A stretch of DNA of 57,684 bases from contig NC_068985.1 of assembly GCF_001194135.2 (NCBI RefSeq), forward strand, positions 101,133,793-101,191,476, in the 5' to 3' direction. Numbering within the stretch: position 1 is the stretch's first letter; each line of letters starts with the position of its first letter. This document shows positions 52,931 to 57,684 of this stretch, in pieces. This stretch comes from Octopus bimaculoides (taxonomy: Eukaryota). The notes under the pieces were generated by a model. That model was not told the origin of the DNA. It ran no database searches and saw nothing but the letters and a program-made list of their open reading frames with translations. A program made the translations under genes and the position numbers.

Positions 52931-53962
52931 AACATTAAGCAATACAACGATAACTTTAGCTTAAATTACAGGGAAACCCAGAAGACTAAAAGGAACCATA
53001 TATCGGGCCCACTAAAACCTAACAATATTAGCAGGGAAAATAATGAAAAGACACATATTAAAAATAAACTCAAATATACAAATAAATTAGACAGCCGGAG
53101 AGAAAAATTCACCAGCCTCCCCAGTTATGATGGTAGCTTCTATACCAGATATGGCCGTAATAGCAGCAAAAACAATAAGGATACGACCTGGCTAATCATT
53201 CCCTATAACATGGGCCTCAAAACCAATATAGTCCGCTCACTAGTGAAGATAATAGATAAACACCTCAGTGTGAACAATAAATACGCAGAAATATTTAAGA
53301 ACAACATAAGAATAGGCCACAGCCTAACATGTAACTTAGCTACCATAATAGCATCTTTTAATAATAAGAAATTAGACGCATTCTATAAAGCTAGAAACAC
53401 CATTAACAAACAAATCAACAACCCTCTAAACAATAGGAATAAATCCAACCCTAGGCCAACACCCCTTACTATGAGGGATGCACACCGAAAAAACAATAGC
53501 GCCACACAACAACACACATACATAGACACCCCTCATAACCTATGTGGCTGTAGAGATAGGAACAAATGCAATTTCTCCAATAGGTGCAAGACAAATAATA
53601 TAGTTTACCAATGTGGTGTACAAACAAATAGCCACACTAAATCCTACATTGGGGAAACGGGTGACCAAATACGTTTAAGATATAATGAGCACCTGGCGAG
53701 TTTTAAAAACAGAAATAAGGCAAATTCTACAGGGCTTAGTAGGTATATCTGGGAACTAAATGACAATAAGATAGAATATAAACTAAAGTGGCACATACTA
53801 AAAGTAGCTAATTCCTATAACCCAACTAACAGACGGTGCAATCTATGTGTAACAGAATGTCTCGAAATCCTAACAGCTAAGAACGAATTATTAAACAGGA
53901 GATATGAATCTAGTCTAATCTGTCTTCACGCTACTAAATACTCATTCTGTAAGTATAATTAA
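52931..53962 (+). CDS. Linker plus GIY-YIG endonuclease of the Naiad-type element (C-terminal part of the element ORF)
   Basis: The frame of ORF 53210-53962 stays open back to the gap edge (52931), giving 343 codons with no stop. It holds the IVY..YIG motif, the conserved R and H, and Cys/His clusters on both sides. Confidence 0.88.
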   Translation, partial: NIKQYNDNFSLNYRETQKTKRNHISGPLKPNNISRENNEKTHIKNKLKYTNKLDSRREKFTSLPSYDGSFYTRYGRNSSKNNKDTTWLIIPYNMGLKTNIVRSLVKIIDKHLSVNNKYAEIFKNNIRIGHSLTCNLATIIASFNNKKLDAFYKARNTINKQINNPLNNRNKSNPRPTPLTMRDAHRKNNSATQQHTYIDTPHNLCGCRDRNKCNFSNRCKTNNIVYQCGVQTNSHTKSYIGETGDQIRLRYNEHLASFKNRNKANSTGLSRYIWELNDNKIEYKLKWHILKVANSYNPTNRRCNLCVTECLEILTAKNELLNRRYESSLICLHATKYSFCKYN

Positions 53963-56900
53963 ATATATAATACATTACACCTCCTAAGCAAAACTAAATA
54001 TGCATAAAATAGCTTTNNNNNNNNNNNNNNNNNNNNNNNNNNNNNNNNNNNNNNNNNNNNNNNNNNNNNNNNNNNNNNNNNNNNNNNNNNNNNNNNNNNN
54101 NNNNNNNNNNNNNNNNNNNNNNNNNNNNNNNNNNNNNNNNNNNNNNNNNNNNNNNNNNNNNNNNNNNNNNNNNNNNNNNNNNNNNNNNNNNNNNNNNNNN
54201 NNNNNNNNNNNNNNNNNNNNNNNNNNNNNNNNNNNNNNNNNNNNNNNNNNNNNNNNNNNNNNNNNNNNNNNNNNNNNNNNNNNNNNNNNNNNNNNNNNNN
54301 NNNNNNNNNNNNNNNNNNNNNNATATATATATATATATATATACACAATAATCCCTCGCCATATCATGGACGTATGTATGGATGGATGTTTGGATGGATG
54401 TGTGTATGCATGTACGTGTGTATGTATATATATGTACGCATGTGCAGATATGGTCATATGTTCAAACAAATAAAAAAACATTTCTACCATATAACATAAT
54501 TTCACATGCATTAATGGAAACTTTTTATTATTCTATAAATATTAATAGTAATTCATTATATATAAATTACATATATAGAACGCGGCATTTACTTCTATTG
54601 ACAAGTCACTTATATTCAATAATACTAAACTAACGAGATTTTCTGTGTAATTTTGTTATCATTAAAACTTTCTCAAAATAAGTATTTCTCTCCATATAAA
54701 TTACCTTCAGGTGTCCTCCGTCTAACGTATATGCCGAGAGTAAAAAAGAATATGTATATATATATATATNNNNNNNNNNNNNNNNNNNNNNNNNNNNNNN
54801 NNNNNNNNNNNNNNNNNNNNNNNNNNNNNNNNNNNNNNNNNNNNNNNNNNNNNNNNNNNNNNNNNNNNNNNNNNNNNNNNNNNNNNNNNNNNNNNNNNNN
54901 NNNNNNNNNNNNNNNNNNNNNNNNNNNNNNNNNNNNNNNNNNNNNNNNNNNNNNNNNNNNNNNNNNNNNNNNNNNNNNNNNNNNNNNNNNNNNNNNNNNN
55001 NNNNNNNNNNNNNNNNNNNNNNNNNNNNNNNNNNNNNNNNNNNNNNNNNNNNNNNNNNNNNNNNNNNNNNNNNNNNNNNNNNNNNNNNNNNNNNNNNNNN
55101 NNNNNNNNNNNNNNNNNNNNNNNNNNNNNNNNNNNNNNNNNNNNNNNNNNNNNNNNNNNNNNNNNNNNNNNNNNNNNNNNNNNNNNNNNNNNNNNNNNNN
55201 NNNNNNNNNNNNNNNNNNNNNNNNNNNNNNNNNNNNNNNNNNNNNNNNNNNNNNNNNNNNNNNNNNNNNNNNNNNNNNNNNNNNNNNNNNNNNNNNNNNN
55301 NNNNNNNNNNNNNNNNNNNNNNNNNNNNNNNNNNNNNNNNNNNNNNNNNNNNNNNNNNNNNNNNNNNNNNNNNNNNNNNNNNNNNNNNNNNNNNNNNNNN
55401 NNNNNNNNNNNNNNNNNNNNNNNNNNNNNNNNNNNNNNNNNNNNNNNNNNNNNNNNNNNNNNNNNNNNNNNNNNNNNNNNNNNNNNNNNNNNNNNNNNNN
55501 NNNNNNNNNNNNNNNNNNNNNNNNNNNNNNNNNNNNNNNNNNNNNNNNNNNNNNNNNNNNNNNNNNNNNNNNNNNNNNNNNNNNNNNNNNNNNNNNNNNN
55601 NNNNNNNNNNNNNNATACGTTATATATATATACGTTATATATAAGGTTTTTCGTAATGAGATGAAAAAAGCCAAGGCTGTGAATAATATAGAACATTTGG
55701 AAATAGAAGATCCTTCTATTTATAAATGTTCTATATTATACACACCCTTATTTTTTTTTCAGCTCATTACGAAATTATTATATTCACACGCTGATTTATG
55801 AGCTACGTTGGACCCCTTATTCGTATAATCACTGAACCTAGATCTTAACTATAGTCTATCCACAGCACTTACTGAACATTACCTGAAACCTCTGGGTCTA
55901 AATGACACTACTTTCGCGCGCGCACACACACACACACACGCACACACACACATATATATATATACATATATATATGTACACACTCAGAGCCATTGAGAGA
56001 GTGGGAATGAACTAATAAATGTGTGCATGTAGAATTATCATACGTATGTACCACAGAATCGAATTATTGTTCTCAGCTTCAGACATTCTACTATATACAC
56101 TTCAGTTTCATTATGTGTGCAGCTGGTTACTTACAAGTGTTAATTTTTACCTGCATAGCAGTTATTTGTTACCTGAATAATCAGTTGTACGAAAATGAGA
56201 TTATTAAGCATTCTCATTTTTTGATACACAATACCAATATTATGCCTTTGGTTTCTGTCTTACTTTGAAGTTTTTAATTCCGAGATCTTCAATCTCGGGA
56301 TATGTTGTTTGTGGAATAAATTAAGCTCATATCTACTAGACAATAAATTAAGCTCATAACCACTAACCAGTTACAATTCCCACTTCATGAATATCAATGT
56401 CTTACTAAAATGCACTCTTCCACTGATTAAAAACAAAATATATAGAAGTATACAAAGAAGCGTATATCACATATCTCGAACCGTTTTGATTACAACATTA
56501 AAGACCAAAATACTACTTCGAAAACTTTAACCTCTGACAGACGAAACAGATCAAATCACATAATCTCAACCATTCTGAACACACAATTGACAACATTAAA
56601 TCTCTCACTTACACACGCACAGATAAAATTATTCTTCAACTTCGTTTTCTATCTTTTCATTTTCTACAACATAGCAACATTTTTCATTTTGCAAATAGTG
56701 TGAAATTATAGAAAAATTTAACATAATCTAACTACACTTAAACCATAGTCATTCCGTTTTGAGGCAGTTCCGCAAATTCTTCTGTTTGCAAAGTTTTCTG
56801 TATCTACTTTTGGCGATGTTATGACCAAATTGTTTTACAAACCTTTATGGAATATTTGTAATAAACACTCCAAATGTAACTCTGTGATCTACGATTTCAA

Positions 56901-57684
56901 ACATGTATAGTTTACATTAATATTGTATGGTTCTTTGCGCTCTTAATTTTGTTCGTATCATATTTCTTAGACGTTTCATAATCTTGAACATTATAGTAAT
57001 GTTCAAATCAGAAGAATAATTCTAGTCTCACGATTTGCAGATGATTCTGTAAGACATCGAAGTTTTTAAATGTATTTTTACTGTATAAATACTTACAGTA
57101 CATTTATAATAAATATTATCAAAGGTTTGCTGATGGGCTCCTGAAAAAGATTAATATGAACACCATCTTTCAAAATATAACTCGGCAAAACCAGAGCAAA
57201 TTTTTCATCCATGCAGCATAAAGTATATACAATATTTTAGGGCGTGTGGGACCGAAAGTGAAATCTATGCCAGCGAGTTTCCTATAACTGAAGGAGTTTA
57301 CACTGATGAGACAACAATATGTATTACGCTAAAGAAATTGTAAAAAATTGACTGAAATTTATAGTACAGGAAATATATCGAAAATCCGTTATTTCACACC
57401 GAAATAAAAATTAAAACTAAAAAATTACAGACAAAATTACCATGATATATTGGCATATATAAAGGTATGTCTAAGTAATATGTAAGCATACATGTTTATA
57501 TTGCAGAACATTTTGTAATGAATAATTTCACACACAGTGCATTTTAAATTACAATTTGACTCTTCTGAACTAAGCAAACTAAGCCAAAACAAATAAAACA
57601 AGACTTGAAAGAAAAAGCTTTCATTCATGTGAATTAAAGTTATATTGATATGTGTGTGTGTGTGTGTGTGTGTTTGTGTGTGTG

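Larger units (their letters stand above)
51438..54016 (+). mobile_element. 5'-truncated Penelope-like retroelement of Naiad type (RT plus C-terminal GIY-YIG endonuclease)
   Basis: RT motifs ITLKDHKPNF, FIQIDIVDYYSSI, FDITVGAPDSAQISDLVG, GLYRDD and KPN..YINASSNHP. After the gap: WLIIPYN..TNI, CGCR....CN....C, NIVYQC...YIGETG..RLRYNEH..SF, LSRYIWEL, W.IL, CNLC..E..LNRR.E...C.H. The 3' end is hidden in the gap starting at 54017. Confidence 0.92.

Noticed and set aside
56280-56340. Helitron 3' end (hairpin plus CTAG)
   Set aside because: The CTAG lies about 38 nt from the hairpin, much further than the usual spacing of about 10-12 nt.
760-57628. Most ORFs in the supplied track (HTHT, YIYI, CVCV, SLSL, poly-N/I/Y, and X-filled ORFs)
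   Set aside because: They are translations of microsatellites or N-gaps, not proteins.

Overview
AT-rich, microsatellite-dense eukaryotic (animal) DNA from a gapped draft assembly: 16 N-runs totalling about 4.9 kb, most flanked by simple repeats. No host protein-coding gene could be supported, so the window looks intronic or intergenic, and most ORFs in the supplied track are translations of microsatellites or N-runs. The repeat families resemble those I recall from octopus genomes; this is an inference, not a database result. The informative content is transposable elements. The best preserved is a 5'-truncated Penelope-like retroelement of Naiad type (RT plus C-terminal GIY-YIG, 51438-54016, one in-frame TAG and one gap in the visible part). 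Also present: two other decayed Penelope-like RT fragments; a probable Penelope terminus with a minimal type I hammerhead ribozyme (46869-46914); two R4/Dong-like LINE 3' ends stacked in TAA arrays; an RTE-like LINE fragment; Gypsy integrase relics; several Tc1/mariner relics and MITEs; and at least four tRNA-SINE-type families. I found no clearly undescribed biological system. The best leads are the Naiad element, the hammerhead, and the TAA-associated LINE stack. All family assignments come from motif recognition by eye and need HMM or BLAST confirmation.
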